A DNA stretch of 64,000 nucleotides from the human T2T-CHM13v2.0 reference genome, Homo sapiens: assembly GCF_009914755.1 (NCBI RefSeq), contig NC_060936.1; one strand, given 5' to 3'. Position numbers and translations under genes: made by a program. Below are positions 1-14,180 of this stretch, piece after piece. Position 1 is the stretch's first letter; every line of letters starts with the position of its first letter. The notes beneath the pieces were generated by a model. The model saw only the letters and a list, made by a program, of their open reading frames with translations. It searched no databases and was not told the DNA's origin.

Positions 1-231
1 TGGTAGAAACTGGCCTTCATGTCTTTGTTTCCCTCAAAGTTTTATTCTTAGTAACGCTATATATGGTTTTATAGACCACACATATATAGTTTCCTGTGTC
101 TTAGATGATAACATCCTTAAAATATGAAATATATTTTGAACCTAGATACCTACCCAGTATTCTCTGCACAGAGTAAACATTTCATTAAATGAGTTTCAAG
201 GACTCCATACCCTGATATAGGAGTACATTCA

Positions 232-700
<469 letters not shown>

Positions 701-1135
701 TTACAAGGTTACATAAACTAATGGCCCTGGGGCGAATGACGTATGCCACTTTTGTGTTGATTTGTAGAACTTACTTAGCTTTGGCATTTCCCCTAGTAAT
801 TCCCAAGGCAAAACCAGGAATTGTCAGAGACGTGACCAGACATGTATTAAAATTCTAGTGCAATTGGGAAACTTGGTCTTCCTGATTTGTTTATACTTCA
901 GCCAAACCCAGATATATAGTGCTCAGCAGAAATTATTCAAAATGTTGATACTCAAGATTGAAGGATGGATTAGGGAGAAATGAAAACTTTTCTTCTTGTG
1001 GACTTTTTAGGTATGAAATTTAATCACGAGAGTAGTTTTGCTTTTCTTTCCCTGACCTTTCGCTTCATTCCTTTGTTAAGAACTATATAGTGCCTCTGAG
1101 GAGGTGGCATTATTGTTCACTAACTTACCATAAAT

Positions 1136-1822
<687 letters not shown>

Positions 1823-2794
1823 TCATAAATAACATTGAATTTCATGTGGGTTTTTTTTTTTTTTGACACACCAGGCATGTCTCTTCCATTCAAATGCTAT
1901 GGCTACAGAGGGAAAGGGTAGCCAGATAATTATCCACATGCTTCAAACCAAAAAGATAAAAAAGTTGGCAACTAGATCTAGTTGCCTGCCAGGATGACCA
2001 GCGTTATGCTGGTGTGTGCGTGTCCATGCCTCCGGGATTTTTCCAGGGTTATCAATGTCAGTGTAAGATCTGATGGAATTTACCGTTGACTCAATTTTCT
2101 TCACCAATCAAGGCTCATTCCTTGAGGCATGAGTTATGCGAAAAGCTTTTCTGCACCAAGTACTTTCATTCTGGTCTTTGGAATTGTCATAATTCTGACA
2201 GAGAACACAGACCATTACTGAATGCTCTTCAGGTTACCCTATTTGCCTGTCACATTGCTTCTACCGGCCACATCCTGCATTTCCTGTGGGACAGCATTTT
2301 CAAACGGATTCTAGTGTTTGAGCTGGAACCAAAAGAATGAAACTGTTTTTACATAAGTGCATATTGCTGTCTCTGCAAATAAAGTACAACAATATGACTG
2401 ACTTGTAAATATCTTCCAGGACAATGCTGTGATTTTCCAGTTGATTCTGCAACTTTAAAGATATAACCAAGTATAATTAGGCCGTTCAAGGATGAATGGG
2501 TCCCACAGAAGCTAGAAATAGTTTACTTCCCGCTTCCATTTCTAGATGCAGAAGACTAATATTCACAGAAAAATTACGTAGACAAATTTTGTTTACTAGA
2601 TCTAAAACATTCCTGCTTCTCAGAAAAACAAAACCAAAGGAGTATTTAAGATAAAGTAACAGTGAACGTGTTGAGACTAAAAAGTTTCCATCAACTAGTC
2701 CCATATGCACCCTCTACCCTTCACATAATCTCTTTGGACACTCGGCTCCAATTTTGTCTTATTTTTCTTCACATCTCAATCTACACCTTCCTAA

Positions 2795-4137
2795 TATGTC
2801 CGGAATTGGTGGATTCTTGGTCTCACTGACTTCAAGAATGAAGTCGCGGACCCTCACAGTGAGTGTTACAGTTCTTAAAGGCAGCGTGTCCGGAGTTTGT
2901 TCCTTCTGATGTTCGGATGTGTTTGGAGTTTCTTCCTTCTGGTGGGTTCGTGGTGTCGCTGGCTCAGGAGTGAAGCTGCAGACCTTCGCGGTGAGTGTTA
3001 CAGCTCTTAAGGCAGCGCGTCCAGAGTTGTTCATTCCTCCCAGTGGGCTCGTGGTCTCGCTGGCTTCAGGAGTAAAGCTGCAGACCTTTGCGGTGAGTGT
3101 TACAGCTCATAAAAGCAGTGTGGACCCAAAGAGTGAGCAGTAGCAAGATTTATTGCAAAGAGCAAAAGAACAAAGCTTCCACAGTGTGGAAGGGGACCCG
3201 AGCGGGTTGCCACCGCTGGCTTGGGCAGCCTGCTTTTATTCTCTTATCTGGCCCCACCCACATCCTGCTGATTGGTAGAGCCGAGTGGTCTGTTTTGACA
3301 GGGCACTGATTTGTGTGTTTACAATCCCTGAGCTAGACACAAATGTTCTCCAAGGCCCCACCAGAGTAGCTAGATACAGAGGGTTGATTGGTGCATTCAC
3401 GAACCTTGAGCTAGACACAGGGTGCTGATTGGTGTGTTTACAAACCTTGAGCTAGATACAGAGTGCCGATTGGTGTATTTACAATCCCTGAGCTAGACAT
3501 AAAGGTTCTCCAAGTCCCCACCAGACTCAGGAGCCCAGCTGGCTTCACCCAGTGGATCCTGCACCAGAGCTGCAGGTGGAGCTACCTGCCAGTCCCACGC
3601 CCTGTGCCCACACTCCTCAGCCCTTGGCTGGTTGATGGGACTGGGCGCTGTGGAGCAGGGGGCGGCGCTCGGGGAGGCTCAGGCCGCACAGGAGCCCACG
3701 GAGTTCGGGGAGGCTCAGGCATGGCGGGCTGCAGGTCCTGAGCCCTGCCCTGTGGGAAGGCAGCTAAGGCCCTGTGAGAAATTGAGCACAGCAGCTGCTG
3801 GCCCGGGTGCTAAAAGCCCCTCACTGCTCCGGCGGTGGGGCCAGCTGGCTGCTCCGAGCGCAGGGTCCGCTGAGCCCACGCCCACCCGGAACTCGCACTG
3901 GCCTGCAAGCACTGTGCGCAGCCCCGGTTCCCGCCCATGCCTCTCCCTCCACACCTCTCCACACCTCCCCGCAAGCTGAGGGAGCCGGCTCCGCCTTGGC
4001 CAGCCGAGAAAGGGGCTCCCACAGTGCAGCGGCGGGCTGAAGGGCTCCTCAAGTGCCGCCAAAGTGGAAGCCCAGGCAGAGGAGGTGCTGAGAGTGAGTG
4101 AGGGGTGTGAGGGCTGCCAGTGCGCTGTCACCTCTCA
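2795..4137 (-). mobile_element. Solo LTR12 (probably LTR12C; HERV9/ERV1)
   Basis: Starts TGAGAGGTGACAGCG, ends CCAATTCCGGACATA; 4-bp TSD CTAA (2791-2794, 4138-4141); ~41-bp CCAAT-containing tandem repeats at 3300-3500. Confidence 0.93.
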
Positions 4138-4156
4138 CTAATTTCCCCTTAGTTTA

Positions 4157-4456
<300 letters not shown>

Positions 4457-5267
4457 TAATTCCTGGTCTAATTGTAGTTGTCACATCCAAACCAGTCCTC
4501 CAACAATAGCCTGCTGAGGCTGGTCATGAAGGGGCTCCGAGCTCTGTCAGCAACTGGCCTGAACTTCAGGCTCTCCCAAGATCTGCATCTTCTCATTGGA
4601 AGCCTCTCACTGAAACAACTGTTCCTCCTGTTACCCTCTATCTCTGGAGGCTGATTTATTCTAATTCCCTTTATTCCTCTATCTCACTTCCACCTCTTTT
4701 TCTGCAGGGTCCTGGCCAAGATAGCTCTTCTAGTCTAGCTCACCCGGCCCAATCTTTCTTATAAATTTTCTTAAATGTAACTTCAACTCAACCAACTTCA
4801 AGGTCACCTGTGATTCTTTCTGTAGTCAATATTCCATCTGTTTGCACTGAAGCTTTATTCCTTCAATGCCTAATTTTTATGAAACTGATGAGACTAAGTT
4901 TCTAGTCTCATAAGTCATCAAATCTAGTGTCATGAGCAGAGAGGTTGTTGAGATGTATGTGGCAAGGACAAAGGACAGCTCTTCAACAATTGCCCTTCCT
5001 GTTTTTCCTGTAGGAATCGTAACATCATTTACATGTTATATCGAAATGGGCCATGAGTGTGTAGCTGGCCTTTTTTTTCCTACCATGTACTTGTGTGTTC
5101 TGGAATCAGTCAGCTAGAAAATATTTACCAAGTGTCTTAGGCTTTTTCACTGTAGTGTGCATTTAACGTACACAGTAAAGAATGAAGGCTGGCACTAAAC
5201 TGTTAGCTAATCATCCGGTGTTCCATGTGAATGACAGAACACGGAATAAACCTGATGACACCACCAC

Positions 5268-5273
5268 TTTATT
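5268..5273 (-). terminator. Candidate distal poly(A) signal of DUSP16
   Basis: AATAAA followed by GU-rich gtttattccgtgttctgtc. Confidence 0.4.
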
Positions 5274-7082
5274 TTGAGCTAAATCCTCATTTAAGTGAGA
5301 ACAGGACAGGTTTCACCACTGCCTCCTTTGGCAACTTGAGTGGTGGTGTTCCCACCGAGTTTATGGCTGCAAAGATAGGTCTTTTCTCGTATTTATGTAT
5401 AAACAGGTACCAGTTTTGATTTTATTTAATCATTTCATACATTAACATACATGACACATCAAAATGAGAAATGCACAGTTTAACCGTTCAACAGCTGGCC
5501 TTACTTCAAAAGAACACTATATTCATATTAAACATTTACAGTCTTTCCATCTAACTTTACACATGTCCTAAATCATTTTCCAGCACTTCTCACATAGAAG
5601 TCTAGTTTTGCTCTTTAAAATCACCATCTGTATCACCCCTAGTAGACGCGAGGGTTTCCCCAATTACATGCTGAAGAGAGCCAGCCACCACCCCACCTAA
5701 AGACATCCAAGCAGCTCCAGAGCCTGCCTCCGAGGCCACCCCTTCGCCACGGCAGTCTCGATTCCAAGAACTGATTATCTGACACTAGTGAACCAGCACT
5801 AAAGGCTGTAGGATGTGACTACATCACAGTTCCAGAAGGAAGGGGACCATGGCCAAGAGAAGCCCTAAATGACAGAAGCTCATTAAAACCAAGTGCCCCA
5901 AACCTCCTGAAACATCGTTAGCAAGGAGCTACTGCTTTCCTTTCTTAAACATGTTTTGGGCATGACCACACTCTGGAAGTGGTGAACTGTTACACATTTG
6001 GTGTGTGTGTACATAACATCAAAAACTACTGTGTGAAACTTGAGAATGTCTGATTAAAGATTTCAATGTATATCTAAAAACTAACTCAAATCGTTGACCA
6101 GCACTTTCCCAGTATCATAACAATGCGGCTGACCCTCTTCTGCCTTCACTTTACACCCCATCATAGCACATTATTTGTGCACAACTAGTGAGGTCTGTGC
6201 GGCTCATCATCCCCATAACCAAGTCGGTCTGTGTTGAGTCATATCATTCTGTGCTGGTTTTAGAAGTCACCATAGGAAACATGAAGTCACATCCTGGTCA
6301 AAAAACTGTCCATTTCTCAAAAACAGAGAAAAACCTGAGATACGAGGCAGCAACTAGCGACACTTACAGGAAGGGAAAGAACAATGACAACACCCGCCCA
6401 GCCCCACCCCCAAAAAGCTGCTGTTGTGAATTAAGGCTTCAAAAGAGGACCCACATTGTAGCTGATAAAACTCAAGCCAGGAGGATGTTTGAAAGCCAAT
6501 CTGCACTATCACTTGTTCCAGTGACCTCCTATGTTCAGCTGCCAGGACCGATTCCATACAGTGATTGTAGGTTGAGGACTGAGGACGCCCCTTTGCTCTC
6601 GCTCCATTTTGATTTGCTTTTTCCACTGAAGACACGCCGGCCAGCGTTTCCAAAAACAGCTTGGCCATGGCTTTGCACTCTATTCACAACTGATCAAAAC
6701 TCAATGGTCTTCTCAGCTTTCTCAACCGTTTTATTCTGAATATTCCTTCCTCACTAAAGCCTCTCTCAGCCCTACTAGTAAATGTGAAAGTCTGAGGCAA
6801 TCATAGAAACATCAGCCCCATCGCATGCCGAGGGGATAAAAGCCACTAAGGAAACAGGTTTCCTGCTTCTCCTCAGCAATTTGTACCTTTCTTAATCTTC
6901 CCATAATTTACCTCCCTAGGAAGTTTCCTATAAAATTCTGCCATATTATTACATTTTACCAACTGTATCCATGCAGTGAAGCAGAAAGGGCAAAAACATC
7001 TGCTTTGGCTGAGAATTTGAAGGTGCTGCTGCTCTGCTACCAACCCAAATAAATTCACATTTGGCTTGAAACCAAGTTCATC

Positions 7083-7088
7083 TTTATT
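7083..7088 (-). terminator. Candidate proximal poly(A) signal of DUSP16
   Basis: First AATAAA seen after the stop (~0.92 kb); U/GU-rich sequence follows (tgtgaatttatttgggttggt). Confidence 0.6.
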
Positions 7089-7588
7089 TAAAGGATTGAC
7101 AATCCCATTTTAAACAATTCTTTGATTTACAAAGAGGGAGGTAGACTCGTTAGCCTCCCAACCTTAGCTTAAATCGTGATGTTGCCAGGTTCCTGGTGGT
7201 TCAGCTGAATCCTAGACAGTTTCCCTTCTCTTCATAAAGCTGAGAAGAAAAAAAAATTATCTCCATCTAGGCCCACGGGAATTTTGTGCATAGACAGTTT
7301 GAATTGGTCTGAAAAGTGTGACTAGCTACCTACCTATTCACAATGCCTAGAAAATGGGCTACCAGATATGGTAGTGGTCAAAGCCCCGACTTTCCTGTCT
7401 GAGGTACTGGGTTTGCTCTAAGGTAGACCTTGGCAAGGCCCCTAATGGTCCGTCCAGCAGAGTGATGCTCGTGTCCCTCGGCTGTCAGGTGAGCGTGGGT
7501 TTGTGAATCAGCTTTGGATAGGATCATTTCTCTTGGATTTACCACTAGGCTCTGTCCCTAACAGGGTCTACCTACCTGACCCCCAAGC

Positions 7589-7603
7589 TGGCTCAGTCTC
7601 AGC
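7589..7603 (-). promoter_or_regulatory. miR-24-3p 8mer site with extended pairing
   Basis: mRNA reads CTGAGCCA at 7589-7596; plus strand TGGCTCAGT-C-TCAGC vs miR-24 UGGCUCAGUUCAGC. Confidence 0.7.
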
Positions 7604-8003
7604 GCTAAGGTGTACTATGGAAGGGTCCGGACAAAGACTAATATTTGAGATCTCTTAGTAGCACAACGTGAAAATGGTAGGGGATTTTGTCCTCCAACAC
7701 CAAAGACACTTGCTTTTTTAAGAACAAGAGGATGTGTAATTCACTGAATAAAATGGTTTTCCTCCGTCTAGGGGGGATTCTAGCATCTGCCCTTCCATTT
7801 TTGTTGAGAGAAGTATTAGCTGATCTCTCAAATGCAGATGTTAAGAGAGTAACAACTGGGTTGATCCACCTGTTGCTTTTACACCATAGCTCCATTTTCC
7901 AAAAATATATATGTATGTACATATATATATTTCAGATTTACAGGGAATTTTTTTGTGAACAAGAAAAAAAAATTGTCTATAGAAGTCACAAGTGTCTTTC
8001 TTC

Positions 8004-9186
8004 TCAGGAGACCTCAATGATTTCCATGCTGCCCGAAAAGCTAGACTGACTGCCCACTTTCCCCAGCTCTTCCCGTGACCTGTTCTCTGACATGATGCTC
8101 TCTCCAAATTCCATTTGGCAGCTTCTGCGTTTAAACTGCTTTTCAAAGGGGCTCTCTTCATGCCAGCTCCGCCGCGAGTCAGCTCTGTCACTTGGCTTCT
8201 GCCGCCTGCGCACAGAATAGACTTGGTCTCCGCAAGTGGGCAGCTGGCTGCAGCTGTAGGCAGAGTAACTGGCACTGCCTCCGTAGATGGCTGAGGCAGA
8301 GTAGAAGTGTGAGGACTCTGTGGCAAAATACCAGCTGCTGGTCAGGGAAGGGGTAGAGGTCTGGGGGGCCAAGATATCCGAGTGCCAGCCCTTAAGGCCC
8401 AGGCCAGCAGACTTCGTGAGGTGCTGCTGGCTGGTGGAAAGGCCGAAAAGGAAGCTGGTGTGGTAATTGTCCTCCACGCTCCCACTTCGATGCAGTGGAG
8501 ATAAAAGGGACCTCTGGGCGGTGCCACTGCTGCTGGTTCTGACCGAATGCAATCGCTTGCTCTGGCTGTCTGAAGGCCTGGCGGTCTGCAGCTTCTTGGG
8601 GATGCTGGCTTCCTCCTTATCAGGACTGGTTTCGGGAGTCTGCTCCGATAGTTCCTGAACAGGGGAGAACTGGCATAGCTTGTTGGTCCCATCCAGAGTA
8701 GTGGAAGGTTTGTAGTATTCCAAAGCATCTTCTGATGAGGAGAAGCCATGTAAGGATGCTGCCATGCTGGCTGAATATGAAACTGATTTGATATCCAGAG
8801 AGAAGGAACGCTTGAGCTTATTGCTGTCTTCCAGCCTGTCTGCGGACAGGTGCAGCCCACTGAGCGCCTGTACCAGCGGGCTGTCCTCTAACAGCGACGG
8901 CTGCACGCTGGGCACGCTGGGCACGCTGGCGGGATGCACGGGCCTTTGTCCTGCTGCCTCTGAGGTAGCAGAGTCGGCACAGGGTGGACTGAGGGGCGTC
9001 TCGCTTTTCTGTCCACCCTCTGAGACAGCAGGGACAGGTTCATTTGGCTTCTCCAGGTGCAGCAGCTTGAGTTTGCTCTTTGGCCCTGATGCTCCAGTCT
9101 GGTTCTTAATCTTCTTCTCATAGTCCAGGAGTTGGCCCAGAAAATTGAAGTTTGGAGATATAGTAGGTCTTTTTTCTTTCACAAAT
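8004..9186 (-). CDS. DUSP16: DUSP16 last exon CDS (aa 272-665): end of DSP domain plus Ser/Pro-rich tail (NES LVQALSGLHL 376-385, Ser446-Pro site)
   Basis: ctctctgcag|ATTTGT acceptor; FVKEKRPTISPNFNFLGQL...MEIIEVS*; exon sum 1998 nt. Confidence 0.98.
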
Positions 9187-9507
9187 CTGCAGAGAGAGGA
9201 AAAAACAAAAACCCGAATTTTACAACTACACTTTATCTTAAGAATATTAAGTGAATAAATGAGATAGGGAATTATCAGGCAGACCTCAAAAACTTTGGAA
9301 GATGATTGGTTTACAAGTTCGGGGAGATGCTTCAAGGTGGAGAATACAAAGGCCCTAGGCACTGGGGAAGCTTTGCACACATCCTGGAGTATGCCAGAAG
9401 AGGCAGCTGGGCCCCAAAGGCTCTAGTTTTTGTCTCCTTATTTTCAAAGGCCCAGGGCTCCCAATGCAGCTGATAAGAGATGGTATGGGGTTTTGTTGGT
9501 GGTGGTC

Positions 9508-9924
<417 letters not shown>

Positions 9925-10059
9925 TAAAGTCACCAGTCACTTCTCAAGACAGTTCACATTTTAAATTTAATGACAAAAAGAAGATGGTATCAGATGATCA
10001 AAGTATCAAAGCAACACTTCTTTTTATAGTCAACATGACAGACTAACCAAGACAAAGTG

Positions 10060-10270
10060 GTCTCTGTGTGCTAAGCACTGTGCTTATGCACTGAATCATC
10101 ATTTCATCCTCAGAACTACCCTTTATCAGGTGGGTGTCATTATCCCCATCATATAGCTCCACAGAATCCTTAAGTGACTTGCCCAAAATCACACAGCTAC
10201 TAAATGATGGTGCTGGATTCAAAACCAGGCTGGTCAAATATCTGGGTCCATTTTTGTAACCACTATGTTA
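10060..10270 (-). mobile_element. MIR
   Basis: taagtgacttgcccaaaatcacacagcta core. Confidence 0.75.
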
Positions 10271-11393
10271 AAAAAAAGATTCATCAAAGGATCAAAACTA
10301 ATACTAGATGGCTTTCATGTTTCATGGAGGAAATAAAGACTCAGAGATGACAGACCAATTCTTCAGCGGCCCCTGCACCTCATGGATACTTTTCAGGTGA
10401 TGGAGGAGTAGAACTACACTGAAAATTTGCATTTGAATAAGGAACAAGGAAAAAAAAAACTTGGAAATCAAGTAACCTAAAGCAAATTCACAAAAATAGA
10501 AATAACTGGCTCAAGAATAACAAGTATAAATGTAGGGTGCTCATAATGAGACTTCATAACGTGATAGAAGGGTGCCTTTTCTTCTGATTTCTACATGGAG
10601 CAGGAGGACCTCAGGGAGGTCTGAACGGCGGCATGAGAGCTCGTGCAGATGACCAGAGGACCCACGTCCTCCAGGCTGCTGACTTAACATGGGAAGCTGT
10701 TTGGGCAGCTCATTTCTGTTTTCCAAACTTTGCAATTTGAGAAAAAAAAAATCCAACTGTTAAATCAGGCCTGCTCCATGAGTCTCTATATTTTTGATTC
10801 CTTATCAGATAAAAATGAACCATCTCTACCCAACGATACATGCAGGGGAGTCAGACAAATCAGAGACTGGAGGCAACCCAGTCAAAATCACACACACACA
10901 ATCTGGCCGACTCTAGAATGTAGGAAATTTTACTGAAGAATGGAGTCTGACAGTTAATCTGGTTCATATTTGCATTTATGAGGCTTTTTCTTCCCAGCAA
11001 TCCAAAGTTTGAAGCAGAACAGAGATTCTGCAGTGAGCATTCTATTAGAGCTTCCCCCCATCATATGCAAATTAAAACAAAGGATACTTTTGCATTTAGG
11101 GAAAGCAATAAACTCATGTAACAGGATAGAGATCTCTGCCTGGATCTGTTGTTCCTTAAACATAAAAAGTGGCTGAGGATGAGTCTGACACATGTGAAGG
11201 CAGAATTAATGCTAAATAGTAAAACAGCATTCTTTTCCAATCTTCACAAGACCATTAAAAAATCCACAGTAACCTGTAAAAAATGTGACTAAAATAATCA
11301 TGATCTGCTTTAATTTGGTTACCCATCCTCATCATTCTTTATGTTTCAGGTCAAATGAAAAGCCAATCACAGAAGACATTTTCCTGCCCTCAC

Positions 11394-11517
11394 CTGTAAG
11401 CTTCATCTAAAGACATGTCCATCCTCTTCATGATGTAGGCGATAGCGATGGTGGCGGAGCGGGAGATCCCAGCTAAACAGTGCACTAGAACACATCCATT
11501 GGAGGCTTTTGCTTTCT
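11394..11517 (-). CDS. DUSP16: DUSP16 exon 6 (124 nt), catalytic P-loop VHCLAGISRS (Cys244)
   Basis: tatacag|AGAAAG...TACAG|gtgagg; DSP HCxxGxSR signature. Confidence 0.98.
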
Positions 11518-11904
11518 CTGTATAAGTCAAATGCAAGAAAGGTCACTACTAACTATTTTGTTCAGCAGTGAAATCTTGTTTCCATTTACTTACTCAGTGT
11601 CTTCCACCTGAAAACCTCTACGCAAATCTCATCTGTGTATATCATATTTATCCTCGCAATATTCTTTTGAGGAGGCAGGGGAAGATAATTCCCTCACCAC
11701 TGACATGCAGGACAACTGGGGTCCAAAACTGTTTGTTAATAAGCAATTCGTTAATAAGCAAGCTACTACTAACTCAGGTTTCCTGACTTATGTTAGTATT
11801 TTCCCCTAAGATATGGGTAATATTTAATATATTCCTGTTATCTGACACTTCAAATTTTTCCCTGATTACCTAAGAAATATAATTACATTTTTTAAAATCA
11901 TTAT

Positions 11905-12190
<286 letters not shown>

Positions 12191-13892
12191 CCCTATTTTA
12201 AGCAACTTTTCTGTATGTCATAAAATGGCTCAACTTTATTTACTGAGTTTTAGAAGAAAACCTTGTATAGGCTATGAATCAGGTTTAGCAGGTCACTTTA
12301 ATGAGATCCAAGAGAACTTTTATCCCTTCCTTGATACCAGGAGTTATTGTCTTATGGCATTATCTCAATTCCCCACAACATGATGGAAGGACTCACGGAC
12401 ACTTTGTTAGAACCAAAGAACCAAGGAAATCCAAGCAGTGCTGCCATCTCTCACTGCTGAGGGGCTTAACAATATGTACATGTGGCAGGGGACGAGGTTA
12501 TTCCACACAGCCTGGAAGCTACTAACATTCTGGCCAGTTCCATGACTGCCTCAATTCTAAATAATTACATGTGTGCTCAGTCATGAAGCTGAATTCTCCC
12601 CTTTTCATTCTTGGTAGATACTACCAAAAGTCTACTGAACCTTGTGTTAAAATTCTTGCGATTAACAGATGCGCAAAGAATCTTACTTTGGCAGCTGAAT
12701 AATACAAAGCTATTCAATCTCACTGCCTATGCTATAAATATAAGTTTCTAGTGTAATGATTATTATATATAACATAATTATTCATCATATATAAAGCAAC
12801 ATACAGGTTTTGGGTAGCATATGAATAATTAAGCAGCAAGCAGCTTCCCTTCTAGATCAGGAAACCAAACACAATAAAACACTAACAAATGAATACCAAG
12901 CAACACTCAAACAAAGAATTGCATGCTATACAAGTAAGAACATATAAACTCGTGTACACAGTCTCATGCCTTCCTGTGCCTCCAGCATCCCCTTCCTTCT
13001 CAGCTATCATTTACCCCACGTTACTCTCAGTGTTTCCTTCCCTTTCTGCCCTACTGCTAAGAAGCTCAAAGCTAAGGTTTCTACTCAATTTCAATAAGAA
13101 GTAGCAATTCAGACTTTTTGTCAGTTACTGTACATTTCCTAGCCCCTATTACTTGATTATTGCTCCTTTATACCATTATAATGTGTATGTGTGAGAATAT
13201 GTGTATCTTTTGGTTCTAACCTATTATTGAAAACTGCTTCAAATCCTTACTGGAAGGAGTCTGGGTTTTTGTTTTTTAATGTTGACAATACTCTCTCATT
13301 AATTTTAATAATTATCTATCTCAAAACCTAGATTATAAGGACCTAGAAGGATCTTGCTTGCTTCTAACAATCCCCCAAAAGACTTAACGCTAGGCACATG
13401 GTAGGCATCCAGCTGATACTGGCTGATACATATTTTCAAAAGAGATTTTAATAAAAAAAGAAGAAGGCTGGAAGGAAATAAAACAATGACAGTAACATGC
13501 GTTACGATGTTGAGGTTATAGGTTTCCTTTTCTCTGTTTTTCAAATTTTCTGCAATGTGCTTACAACTGTTTTTATAACCACAACTCTTTTGATGACGTC
13601 TTTTAAAAATGAAAAAAACAAGTGACTATACTGGAGTTGAGGTTCACCAGCATGCATCTTGGGAGACATGAGCCCTAAACTGTGTCTTCAAGCAAAGGAA
13701 TTAATTTAACACACACAACTGGCAGAGAGGAGAAGGGAAATGTGTGCGAGAAAGCCCTGCAGTGGGACTGAGCAAAGTGCTCATTCGAAAACAGCCTGCC
13801 TTGGAGAAGAAACCAGAGAGAAGGTTTGAGAAGGTTTCAAAGGTGGGAAGCAGGTGTTTGAGGGTGGTGGGAATGTTAGGCTAAGGGCTACA

Positions 13893-14180
13893 TTTGTTTT
13901 TTCAGACAGGGTCTCACTCTGTTCATCCAGGCTGGAGTGCCATAGTGCAAACATAGCTCACTGTAACTGTGAGCTCCTAGGCTCAAGCGATCCTCCTGCC
14001 TCAGCCTCCCAGCTAGGACTACAGGTGCACACCACCATGCCTGGCTAATTTTTGAAAATTTTTTGTAGAGACAGGATCTTGCTATGTTGACTAGGCTGGT
14101 GTCAAACTCCTGGCCTCAAGCAATCCTCCCGCCTCCGCTTCCCAAAGTGCTGTGATTGATTACACACGCTGCACCTGGCC
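13893..14180 (-). mobile_element. AluJ
   Basis: Alu consensus. Confidence 0.9.

Larger units (their letters stand above)
5240..8003 (-). other. DUSP16: DUSP16 3'UTR (distal end uncertain, may extend towards ~4450)
   Basis: Repeat-free sequence downstream of the stop; minus-strand AATAAA at 7083-7088, 6729-6734, 5421-5426, 5268-5273, 4854-4859. Confidence 0.75.

Noticed and set aside
3300-3500. CRISPR-like spaced repeats
   Set aside because: LTR12 internal tandem repeats in a eukaryotic locus; no unique spacers or cas genes.
2759-4131. Multiple overlapping ORFs
   Set aside because: Artefacts of GC-rich LTR12 sequence.
6188-6739. 183-aa plus-strand ORF antisense to the 3'UTR
   Set aside because: GTG start, no recognisable domain or splice context; likely chance.
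9187-9380. N-terminal extension of the 458-aa ORF
   Set aside because: Intronic; the real exon starts at the 9186 acceptor.
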